Shown here: positions 12,451 through 22,925 of the stretch, piece by piece
Position numbering within the stretch: the first letter of the stretch is position 1
Layout of the letters: every line of letters starts with the position of its first letter
From: Octopus sinensis
Taxonomy: Eukaryota
NCBI RefSeq assembly: GCF_006345805.1
Contig: NC_043006.1
Span: forward strand, 4,216,001-4,280,000
Reading direction: 5' to 3'
Length of the DNA stretch: 64,000 nucleotides
Made by a program: the position numbers and the translations under genes
Notes under the pieces: model-generated
What the model was told of the DNA's origin: nothing
The model's database searches: none
The model's input: the letters and a program-made list of their open reading frames with translations, nothing else

Positions 12451-13728
12451 TTCTACCAGTATACGAAGTTTAAAACTTTTTAGTTACCTAGAAATTATGT
12501 TACAAAGTGCCATTCAAAAGGAAAAGAATCTGATCTTATCTTCTAGCGAGGGGTAAGGAAAAGAAACTTACGCTGAAACTGGCATAAAATCCAGCGGGAA
12601 TTACTATTACTATAAAAGAACGTGTTGCCTGAGAACAATTTCGTTTTTGCGATATCAATGTTTAAAGACACCGGAAATAGCACGATCAAGTCAGAAATAC
12701 TTTCATGTAATAAACTTTGACATATAATTTACTGTGAAGGATAAAAGTTTTTCTCGATACTGATTATCTGCGATTTTCTAGACGAGACAAAATACTCGTC
12801 TATATTCTAAGTATCAATGTATATGTATTTATTCATATATAAGTACCCTACAGTCGATACAGTCAACTAAAAACTTTTTCTATCTTTACTCCTAGCATTG
12901 AATCTTGTTGAACATAATAAAGGATTGCAAGAACTGTTGTATTATAATATTGCAGTTTTTTTTTTTAGTAAATTCTTGTTTTTATTCACGTACGGTAACA
13001 GTTGTACAGTCACAGTATAATTATTACTGTTTACAAAGAACTGCTCCGCCGAAAAGATATTTTGGCTCGTATTTAAATATTTCAGGGACTTGCTTACAGT
13101 CTAAAATAGAAGAAAAGAAAAGTATAAATTATATAAAATATGAAATTGTTAATATGTGTAAAATGATACAATTTATTTTGAAGATTGGGGAAAAGGATTC
13201 AGGGCAAAATTACGATGAGTACTGTTACTGTCAAACTGGAGCACGTGTTTTTGTTAACATTTGAAGAAGATCGTCGCTTTCCGTAGATTTATAAAAAAAT
13301 TTTTACATACGTGGGGTGACAGGGAAGGGTATCTTTTGAAGTCGGCGTAAAAGCGAGACGGAGATTGGATCGGGGAAGTTCTTTTGAAGTTGGCCTTCCG
13401 TCTGTGTCTGTGTGAGTGCTACAATTTTGTTCCTGCTGCTAACCTTTTTTTCTCTCGGTTTATTTTTTTTATGTTTGTTGGTGATTTAATGATCAGATTC
13501 ATAGATACGTTTTTATCAATTTTTTTTTCATTTATATTTGTTTTGAAATGTATTGTTACGAAGGTAAAATTAACGGGAAAATGTTATGCCCTAGTTCCGT
13601 TGGCTGGACTTGAACCGGCGGGGAAAAAATGTTCTTTGTCTTGTCAACGGCAACGGTAAAAATTAATGAGTTTTAGGGACTGACCTCTGAACTCCACGGT
13701 CAGTGAAACTTTATAAAAAAATAAAAAA

Positions 13729-14490
13729 TGTTACCCTATATATATCGCAGTAGTTGGGAGAGGCGGCGAGTCGATGCGGACAGCCAGCCAAGAGAAGATG
13801 ACGGCGAGAGACAGACAGGCACAAAAGACGGTCAGTTAGCGAAATGAATATGTGTAGTAGGAGCTAAAATTGTTGCAGACTCGGAACGTCCCGGTAATAT
13901 TTTTGATTGTTTTGTGTTTTTATTTGTGATTTGAATTATGATGTTTGAAAAAGAGACTCTGTGACATAAATTGTAAAAAAAAAAGAAACGTTGTGTTGTT
14001 CAAATGAAAAAAAAAAAAGAAAAGAAAAAGAAAAAAAAAGAACTTGTAAATGTTTTTAAAAAATCAGAAAGACTGATGAAAAGGAATAAAAAGGGATCTT
14101 TGAGAACGAACTCTCTGTGTAGGAAAAGAAAGAAGAGAAAAGAAAGGAGAAAGACTATTTGTTGAGATTCTGTATTGTGTTGCATGTCAACCAATTGATT
14201 TGTTTAGAAAAGTCGGACGTTGTGTTTTGCTAAATGACATTGATTGTTTTGTTTTTAACTCTGTGTACGATCTGTTAATTGATTTGGGGTAATCGAACAG
14301 TTGTATTACGTTTTAAATGTATTTGAAATGTTTCAATTGATGTTGTGAATTATATAAAAAATGTTAAATTGTCCCGCTGTCTCTCTCCTTTGTTGTTGTG
14401 TCGGTTACTGGCTTGCGTTCGCTGCTCATTCCGCTTTCTGTGGTGGATTTCCGTTTGACTGACGTAGTCAAGTTGAGCGACGGCGTAACA
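13729..14490. mobile_element. Probable solo LTR
   Basis: Ends TGTTAC...GTAACA (perfect 6-bp inverted termini); right end resembles the 62245-63330 LTR; no TSD seen. Confidence 0.5.
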
Positions 14491-14788
14491 GTATTATATA
14501 AATACAGGCCCGTAATTCTATTCTTGTTAGTATGAATCAGGAAGCCCTTAGATGCAGAGACGTTTGGAACTTAAAATCTTTCATTTTATTTTCGTTTTGC
14601 ACACACACGCCTGTACGCACAAACACACACACACACAAGCACAGACAAAATTTTGCACACACACGCCTGTACACACAAACACCGACTCACAAGCACACAG
14701 ACATACAAACACTCACTCTCACACACACACGCACATCAATTCTTCCGATTCATGCCAACTTCAAAAGAACTTCCTTCATACAACAGCG

Positions 14789-14831
<43 letters not shown>

Positions 14832-15559
14832 CTTTCACACCAACTTCAAAAAATCCCATTTCCCCCAACCCCATACGTAAATTTTTTTTATTTTTTTACG
14901 GAAATCGACGACCATCTTCACAAAAGTGGTTTGTAACTAGCAGTCGTGTGTTCTTGTAACGAAAGGTTGCCGGATTCAGTTATTCGATCCCAGTACTTAA
15001 CAGGTATCTTATTTTGTTGATTTGCTCGTAAACGGGTTAATAGAAATTTAGTTTCTTCCATTTACAAAAATGCCCTTTACTCTCGTACAAAGTGTGTAGC
15101 ACCGATAAATAATAGATATTTTCCAATTCGCTTTTACACATCCAAGATTAAGCTGTCTATTTTTCTATTCACTCACCCGAAAATAGCTCACAGTATTGTA
15201 CCCTCTTGAGAGAATTACGTACATAATTTACACATACATCGAAGAATAGACGTGTGCGTTCATACATCTACTGTGTCAGGCTATGTTCAGTTATAACATA
15301 CAACCTATTTGTCGCTTCTGATCAACAAGCTACAGGAGAACTTCCTCTCTTCGCGATTAAAAATGAAATGTCGAGTGCCAAAGGAGTCTTAATTACTGAG
15401 AAGTACAATCGAAATATGTTAAAGATAAAATAGAATTGATTGCACATATGTAGCAAATTACTGATGAGATAAGCAGTAGGCAGAGTTCAAATTTGTCAAA
15501 GCTAATAATAAAGCTCACACGTTAGTATTGAAGGAGAATTTCTGTACTTTATTTCAAAG

Positions 15560-16880
15560 GTGTGAAGACTTAATGCATGTTTTTTATTTCATCAGACCTT
15601 GTTCGTCTCGGAATGATTGGTAATGTCTGCCTGAAGTCTTCTGATAAAACTAATGTAACTCCCCCTATAGACTTATTGTTGCCTCTTATGTCCTGTAACA
15701 CTTCTGCTGAACTTGAACCTTTGCTTATGTTACAAATTGGACTGTCATTTGTGACCAGGTTTAGCAAAATGAGCTGTTTGTCCTCCTGGGAGAATGGTGG
15801 CAGCAATGTCAGACGATGTTACAGCAACTGCAATTCTTTTGTGCTGCCTTGCCTTGAAGAAAAGCAATGTCGTTACAAATATTTTACCTGTACCACCAGG
15901 AGCATCAAGAAAGAAAATTCCTCTACATTTTTTCTGTGACTGACGAAATAATTTTAACATATGCTCAACGTTATTCTGGAAGAAATTTAGGTTCATGTTC
16001 ATTAATAAATGCAGTCAAACTCTGTGATGCCATAATTTGGTTCTCTTGCTATGTTTCTTAAAGTTAAATCACTAATTTGATAGTTTGTTTTTGGCAGACT
16101 CTTGCAAATTTTTGTCACCCATGGCCACAACTTGATCCTCAATTTCAATCAATGCTTCATTAAAAATTGTTTCAGAGAACTGAATATTGATATCTGGGTT
16201 TTCCTGTTGAACTGCATACTTTAAGTCCTCAGACATGTCCTCACGATGTTTCATCCAAAGCTGTAGGAGAATGCCAAGTTGACACATGTTCAGTATAATT
16301 GCAAAAAAGGTTGCGGAGTTTCCTTGGAGAATCTGATACAGGTACTTCAGTCAATGCAAGGTCCCAATGCTCACCATTTTTTAAAAGAGCCTTGTTGATA
16401 GCATGCTTCCCTATAAGTTTCACACATGCAACCATTTACTTTCCTCAAATCTGAAAATGATTTGGGACCACATACTTCATGCATTCTGCTTGGCTTGGGT
16501 GGACACTGTAAACTTGTGCAAGAGCATCAGCCCCATGTTTCCTCTCATACCATTTATTGTTTCTCCAAGTGTAATACTTGAGTAATTGTGGGTAAAGAAG
16601 TTTTCTTGCATCTTCATCTACTTGACACAACTTAAAAAAGGCAGTAAGGGTAGTTTCATTTGTAGAAAGTGTTTGTTGCAAGGCTGTTTGTTTTGTGAAG
16701 ATAACCCTGTGGTCATTCTCTCGATGGTCACTCAAATGAATGATGGCTGGGTGCCTCTCACAAATGAGAAAATTGAAGAAGCGCCAAAAAGTCTCATTGG
16801 TACTCATGTATCTTCCTTTGTCATACTATGCAACTTTGTCATTTTTATTTATCTGTTGACTGCCATTTTACATAAGAATG
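15560..16880 (-). mobile_element. Helitron Rep/PIF1-helicase remnant (multiple frameshifts)
   Basis: FFLDAPGGTGK (Walker A), IAVAVTSSDIAATILPGGQTAH, GGVTLVLSEDFRQTLPIIPR, TTLTAFFKLCQ.D..ARKLLYPQ..KYYTW. Confidence 0.92.
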
Positions 16881-16959
16881 TATGTTGTAACATCTAAACT
16901 TTTGTGTATATGTTTGCAAACATACTTAATAGAGTTTCAGAAGTCTACATTGACAACTT

Positions 16960-17790
16960 TGAAAATTAAAGGTTGCCTACCTTCCTTTTTTTCCCCTTTT
17001 TTTCCGGAGAGGTCTCTACCTCCTCGACTACCTCCATCTCTCCCTCAAGAGGAGGAGGGGTCTCTTCTACAACCAACTGTTCCAGGATCCTACTCTGGTC
17101 CTGGGGACAGTTCTTTTTGATGTGGCCCAGTTCCAGGCACAGGTGACACTTTTGGTGGGGGGTGTCCCTCAAGAATCGCTGGGTACCTGCAACCGGCCAG
17201 TTTAAAACAATTTGGAAAAGCCAGATTCTTAGCTGGTCAGCTTTTGACCCTACCCAATCAGCCACCAGCAAAATTTTAACATTAAGCTACTTGGATCCAC
17301 TGCCACCCAGACCCCGGCAGAGAGTGCCCTCTATCCACTCGGGTTATTTCCTGGGTGGCAACCTGCAGACCCAAGCTCTTGTCAACTTCTTCCCACCTTA
17401 CGTGGGAAGAAACAAAATCTCTTTGCCTTCCAACGGCTGGCTTGCAAATTTGCAAACCTCCTCAGGGGTGTCAAATAGCAACCACACCGTTGCATATTTG
17501 ACCCCACAGGAGGTGAATTTAATAGTTGGCAAATACTCTGCCAACTCTTTTTCAATTTGAGTCTTTTGTAAGAGGGCGATGGTATCAAGCGACTTTGAAT
17601 AAGTCCTTAACACTACCGTCTTCTCTTCACAGTCTTTCATCCACTGTTTGGGTAGGACAATCTCCCACTCCAACTCAATGTTGTTTGTCTTTTTGCCATA
17701 TTTTTTGGGGGGTGGGGGAGTTCAAAAAAACAAAAACGAGCAACAAATCCCTACTGAATCCCCAAAAAACAAATGCCTTACCTTGTAGTT
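16960..17790 (-). mobile_element. Retroelement ORF1/gag-like remnant with CCHC zinc knuckle (Tx1/L1-like)
   Basis: CHLCLELGHIKKNCP (CX2CX4HX4C) preceded by an RRM-like segment; broken across frames. Confidence 0.7.
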
Positions 17791-18280
17791 GTGCTTCACT
17801 TGTTCAATAATTCACGATGTTAGTGTGCAGCTACATGACTCCTAGCAGTGCAAAGAAAACACTGACCAACGCATGCGCAGGGAAGCAAGCTTCTTACCAC
17901 ACAGCCACTCCTCCCACCACCTTGCCATACCTTGTGCCAACCAAAGCTGTTCGTCATGAACTCTATAAACCTGCGAAGGATTATCTGAATATTCTGGCTG
18001 ATTACGTCCTTATACTAACTTTCCCTTGGAGAATGCATTGATTAATACAGCTAATGTTAGTCAAAATCAGTATGGAGAGCACAAAAGTAACGTAGCCGTG
18101 TTGCATTGATCCCCACACACACTGGATTTTAATATAATCGAATATTTACGGTACATTTCTAGCAGTACACGGGAAGTCGCTTTATAGATCGGCTCGCCCT
18201 CGTTTGAAAAAGAATTAAATAATAACAACAAAAACAACGAAATAATGAACTCTAACATTGTCAAAGAGTTATATATTTAA

Positions 18281-18478
18281 CCCTTTTGTTACGAACCCGG
18301 CTGAAACTGGCTCTGGGTACAAATGCCTTATTTTCATAAGTTTTGAATAAAAATCTTCCACCAAACCTTAGTCACAATTTATGTTTCCTAATAGCTAAAT
18401 TATTTTACTAAATTCTTTGTTATATTTAAAGTAATTGAAAGAAACACAGCATCTCAAAAAAACACAGTAACGAAAGGG
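18281..18478. mobile_element. piggyBac-type MITE
   Basis: TTAA|CCCTTTTGTTAC ... GTAACGAAAGGG|TCAA inverted termini and TTAA-like TSD. Confidence 0.75.
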
Positions 18479-19327
18479 TCAACTTGTTTTGTGACATAAC
18501 CAGTCAAATACTGGGGATGGATTAAGCTACAACTTTACCCTCCTTCCAAAATGTGTGATTGTGTTATGATAGGAATATTACCTATGTTTGTATCAACGAT
18601 TCTCCATCGATTATTGAACCATCTACAGTCTTTAAATATACACGTATCAAATGCACGGGAAAACCAAGCTGCCTTGCTGCAGATGCAGTAACCAAATATA
18701 GGGCAACCAGAGCAACCTACTAAAAAAAGGAAATGGAAGACATTATGAAATAACAAATATCTGAATTACTATTAAGAATGGCATTGAAGTTTCGGCCAAG
18801 TAATCCACCATCAGACTGATGCATTTCAGTCATTGCTTGGCTTTATATTGTCTTTGTTGAGATAAAAAGATTATCTTGGGCAGGCAGAGTTCTCTTGAAC
18901 AGTAATTAGGTTGTAGGGTACGATGTGATGGATATATATATATATATATTTTGTCAGCAGATGTATAACTAGTTTTCATTATTGTTGGCTTCATTGGGTT
19001 TAATCCTTTACTTTGAGAATGTAGAGGTCAGAATTCAAAGTTTAGTCCACATTTAATAATTTGTAATTGGGTGTGTCAGCTTTTTCACAAGAGATTTTTA
19101 AGGCTTCACATAAGAATGTAAGTGGTATGATTCAGTTGGTCAGCAAGTTTCATTACTTGTCACTGACGTTATTTGGTCGAGCTTACTCTGTACTCCATAC
19201 TTTTGTACTCTACAAAAGAATGGAGTAATCGCTCATATTAATGTAATTATTTTTAATCATAACTGAATAAACAAACATGGACGCATACATACATGTATAT
19301 ATACATATATATATATACATATATATA

Positions 19328-19957
19328 TCTGACTCCTCAGATTTTTTGAATGCTGGACTACTGGTTTTAAATTGATATTAAAATTAATATTAATTTATCT
19401 CCCTCAATTTTTAAATATTTAAATAAATGCGTTCCCTAGTTGTAAGCACTATCCGCAGTGAATTATTCACTGCAGTCCTTCACTTCAGGAGTCTCTCAGC
19501 GCGCCAGAACCAAGACATTTGAAATTTTATTCCCGATGTAATCAGTAAGACTAAGCACGTGTCTGTCTTGACACAGAGAGCTGGGGTTAGTCTTGCGGTT
19601 TGCATCACGAGGACCGAATGTGCTGAAGAAGTCACGGACACTTGAATTATGCAAGTAATTCTTTTGTTAAGACCGAAACCGAGGTATGCATTTAAGTCTG
19701 TTATTTATTTAATTTTTCATATGTCCTGCCCGCCAAAGTTGGTTCTGGTGTTCGCTGAATTCTTCCTCTAGAGAATTTCCCTTGTAGTTTGATCGTTGAT
19801 GATCTTCTTCTAGCATTCTGGCCGGCTACCTAGCAGGCCAGCCCTGCCAATATACACATATATTTGAATTTTCTCTGACTCCTCAGATTTTTTGAATGCT
19901 GGACTACTGGTTTTAAATTGATATTAAAATTAATATTAATTTATCTCCCTCAATTTT

Positions 19958-19964
<7 letters not shown>
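19328..19964 (+). mobile_element. Hammerhead-bearing non-coding repeat element 1 (546-bp period, 91-bp terminal direct repeat)
   Basis: 19328-19418 repeated at 19874-19964; (TA)n on both sides; hammerhead inside. Confidence 0.75.
19617..19692 (+). ncRNA. Type I hammerhead ribozyme (minimal stem III)
   Basis: AATGTG CTGAAGA A-GTC..(GAATTA-T-GCAA-G-TAATTC)..GAC-C GAAA CC-GA-GG TA TGCATT; stem I has two G.U pairs, stem II closes with A.C; GUA site. Confidence 0.7.
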
Positions 19965-20010
<46 letters not shown>

Positions 20011-20083
20011 AAAGGGCTTAGTAAAATAAATTACTTTGCCGCATACTGAACTCATTAGAAATAGCAGCCAAACCAGGGAGTTC

Positions 20084-20136
20084 TGAGCTGATGATAGAAA
20101 TGTCGAGTTTGACTAATCTTGAAACGTACGTTCTCA
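20084..20136 (+). ncRNA. Type I hammerhead ribozyme, element 2 copy 1
   Basis: TGAG CTGATGA T-AGA-AAT-GTC-GAGTTT-GAC-TAA-TCT-T GAAA CGTACG TT CTCA; palindromic stem III, GUU site. Confidence 0.72.
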
Positions 20137-20642
20137 AATAACCTTTGCATTTGATTTTTTAATGTCTCTACCCCCATACTTCCGTGAGTTGAGTTGAGCA
20201 AACACTATATGAGAGAGGTTTTCTTTAAGTATTAGAAATAGTTTTAGAAAAGTTTTTTTTTGGCTGCTATTTCTAATGAGTTCAGTATGCGGCAAAGTAA
20301 TTTATTTTACTAAGCCCTTTTATATAATGTAATAATTTGAATTCGCCTTAAATGGTCCCTTGCATACTGAATACTTGGTGAAATTGATTAATTAATTAAT
20401 TTTACCCTCAATTGTTGAAATTATAATTCATCTCTCTCTATATAATGCCTTGGATTTTACCGAAAAAAGCATAGTGTTTACTGATTTTAACCCACGCTGG
20501 TGGAAAGGGGAGAGCAGAAATTCTTCGCTTGCATTTTTGAGTTTGTTGGCACTGTTAGTGTCGAGCAGATCTTCAGAAGCGAGAAGAAGCCGAAAGGGTA
20601 TGCTCCCACTTTCAGTGTTTTCAAATCCAAACCAGGGAGTTC

Positions 20643-20695
20643 TGAGCTGATGATAGAAATGTCGAGTTTGACTAATCTTGAAACATACGTTCTCA
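20643..20695 (+). ncRNA. Type I hammerhead ribozyme, element 2 copy 2 (stem III variant CATACG)
   Basis: As copy 1 but with G>A in the stem III palindrome. Confidence 0.62.
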
Positions 20696-21201
20696 AATAA
20701 CCTTTGCATTTGATTTTTTAATGTCTCTACCCCCATACTTCCGTGAGTTGAGTTGAGCAAACACGATATGAGAGAGGTTTTCTTTAAGTATTAGAAATAG
20801 TTTTAGAAAAGTTTTTTTTTTGGCTGCTATTTCTAATGAGTTCAGTATGCGGCAAAGTAATTTATTTTACTAAGCCCTTTTATATAATGTAATAATTTGA
20901 ATTCGCCTTAAATGGTCCCTTTGCATACTGAATACTTGGTGAAATTGATTAATTAATTAATTTTACCCTCAATTGTTGAAATTATAATTCATCTCTCTCT
21001 ATATAATGCCTTGGATTTTACCGAAAAAAGCATAGTGTTTACTGATTTTAACCCACGCTGGTGGAAAGGGGAGAGCAGAAATTCTTCGCTTGCATTTTTG
21101 AGTTTGTTGGCAGTTAGTTGCGAGCAGATCTTCAGAAGCGAGAAGAAGCCGAAAGGGTATGCTCCCACTTTCAGTGTTTTCAAATCCAAACCAGGGAGTT
21201 C

Positions 21202-21254
21202 TGAGCTGATGATAGAAATGTCGAGTTTGACTAATCTTGAAACGTACGTTCTCA
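21202..21254 (+). ncRNA. Type I hammerhead ribozyme, element 2 copy 3
   Basis: Identical to copy 1. Confidence 0.72.
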
Positions 21255-21536
21255 AATAACCTTTGCATTTGATTTTTTAATGTCTCTACCCCCATACTTC
21301 CGTGAGTTGAGTTGAGCAAACACTATATGAGAGAGGTTTTCTTTAAGTATTAGAAATAGTTTTAGAAAAGTTTTTTTTGGCTGCTATTTCTAATGAGTTC
21401 AGTATGCGGCAAAGTAATTTATTTTACTAAGCCCTTTTATATAATGTAATAATTTGAATTCGCCTTAAATGGTCCCTTGCATACTGAATACTTGGTGAAA
21501 TTGATTAATTAATTAATTTTACCCTCAATTGTTGAA

Positions 21537-21567
<31 letters not shown>

Positions 21568-21571
21568 ATAT

Positions 21572-21973
21572 AATAGAAATATTAAAATTACTAAGTCTCT
21601 CTAAAAATAATAGTTCCTGGAAAATAATAGTTATCGCCATACTAATATGGCATTCTTATAAAAATAAGAATAAAGCTGTCCGCTTATTAGCTCCATGAGG
21701 CCATCGCCTTAAGTTAGCTATTTGATACACAAACTGTATCCATATAACCTTCGAACAAGGGAGGTCAGTCGCTCCACACTACTTGATCGACAGCTACAGA
21801 CGCGTTTCGGGGTATTGCCCCTTTTCAATGTAGCGTAGTCAGACCAGTAGGTGTCGCTTCCGACAATCTCTGTTCGAAGGTTTTATTTACCTAGTTTCAG
21901 TGGCCTCATGGAGCTAATAAGCGGACAGCTTATTCTTATTTTTATAAGAATGCCATATTAGTATGGCGATAAC

Positions 21974-21979
<6 letters not shown>
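21572..21979 (-). mobile_element. Hammerhead-bearing element 3 with ~80-bp inverted 5' end
   Basis: 21624-21703 is the reverse complement of 21901-21979; (TA)n on both sides; hammerhead inside. Confidence 0.78.
21793..21834 (-). ncRNA. Minimal type I hammerhead ribozyme with U3:A8 core variant
   Basis: Minus strand GCTACA TTGAAAA GGGG-CAATA-CCCC GAAA CGCG TC TGTAGC: perfect 6-bp stem I, 4-bp stem II, palindromic stem III, GUC site. Confidence 0.82.
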
Positions 21980-22029
<50 letters not shown>

Positions 22030-22602
22030 ATATATTACATGTATATATGTATAGGCAATTATGCAGATAAATAAATTAGGTAGATTAATTATTTCAAATA
22101 TATTGAATAACATTTTTGGGGTATGAAATACAAAATATTATCATTCAACCACAGTAGTGGTTAAGTCCACCATTACGTCAGTCACAGCAACTTCCAAGCT
22201 TCACCACTAATTCAGTTCTCAACTAAATTTCAAACTGTTAACAGTTTTAAAGAGGACACCTCCTTAGTTACACTTTGGCATAAATAGTTTGAGATTTGGT
22301 TCAGTGGAAAAAAAGTTACATCAAAATATCTGCGACCTCAAGGGAGGCAGTAAGGTAGGTATTCATCTTCAATTAGCATAATTTTTAAAATTTTAATATA
22401 AGTGTATACTTTTCTTAGGCTTAAATGATAGAAAAATGCAGAAGGAATTCAGAATCGTTAGTTGCACTGAACAAACATTAGTAGAAATAAGTATCAGGTA
22501 GAATACCACGAAATTTAATGTCAGTAAGTTAGGAAGTAAGGGTGTAATGTCCCATGCAATAAGAATAAAGAATGTATTTCTAAAATGAATGTTTACTTTC
22601 TA

Positions 22603-22925
22603 AGGCGGTGAGATGGCAGAAAAGTTAGTGTGCCGGGTGAAATGCTTAGCGGTATTTCCACTGAGTTCAAATTCTGCTGAGGTCGATTTTGCCTTTTATC
22701 CCTTTTGGATCTATTCAAAGTGACGTACAGGTTATTTAATTAATTCTTTTAACTAAACACTTTGAAACTTCCGATACTGGTACAATGTATCACATAGAAC
22801 AGGGTTTACACTTAATGTTTTTCACAAAATTTTGTATTTTAGAAGCGGTATTTCATCTGTCTTTATGTTCTCAGTTCAAATTCCGACAAGGTCGACTTTG
22901 CCTTTCATCCATTTCGGATCTATTC
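22603..22925 (+). mobile_element. tRNA-derived SINE family B, decayed fragments (duplicated at ~32783-33105)
   Basis: GGCGGTGAGATGGCAGAA..GAGTTCAAATTCTGCTGAGGTCGATTTTGCC; reverse complement of the copies at 47085 and 56815. Confidence 0.7.

Larger units (their letters stand above)
20003..21538 (+). mobile_element. Hammerhead-bearing tandem element 2 (559-bp unit x2.6, 70-bp inverted 5' end)
   Basis: Landmarks recur at 20088, 20647, 21206; 20003-20072 is the reverse complement of 20259-20328; (TA)n on both sides. Confidence 0.85.

Noticed and set aside
18775-18835. Minus-strand CTGATGG...CCGAAAC hammerhead-like core next to (TA)n
   Set aside because: No convincing stem I, II or III pairing; at most a heavily decayed copy
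20428-21319. Repeated short ORFs within the 559-bp tandem
   Set aside because: Frames differ between units and have no domain signature; the units are better explained as non-coding
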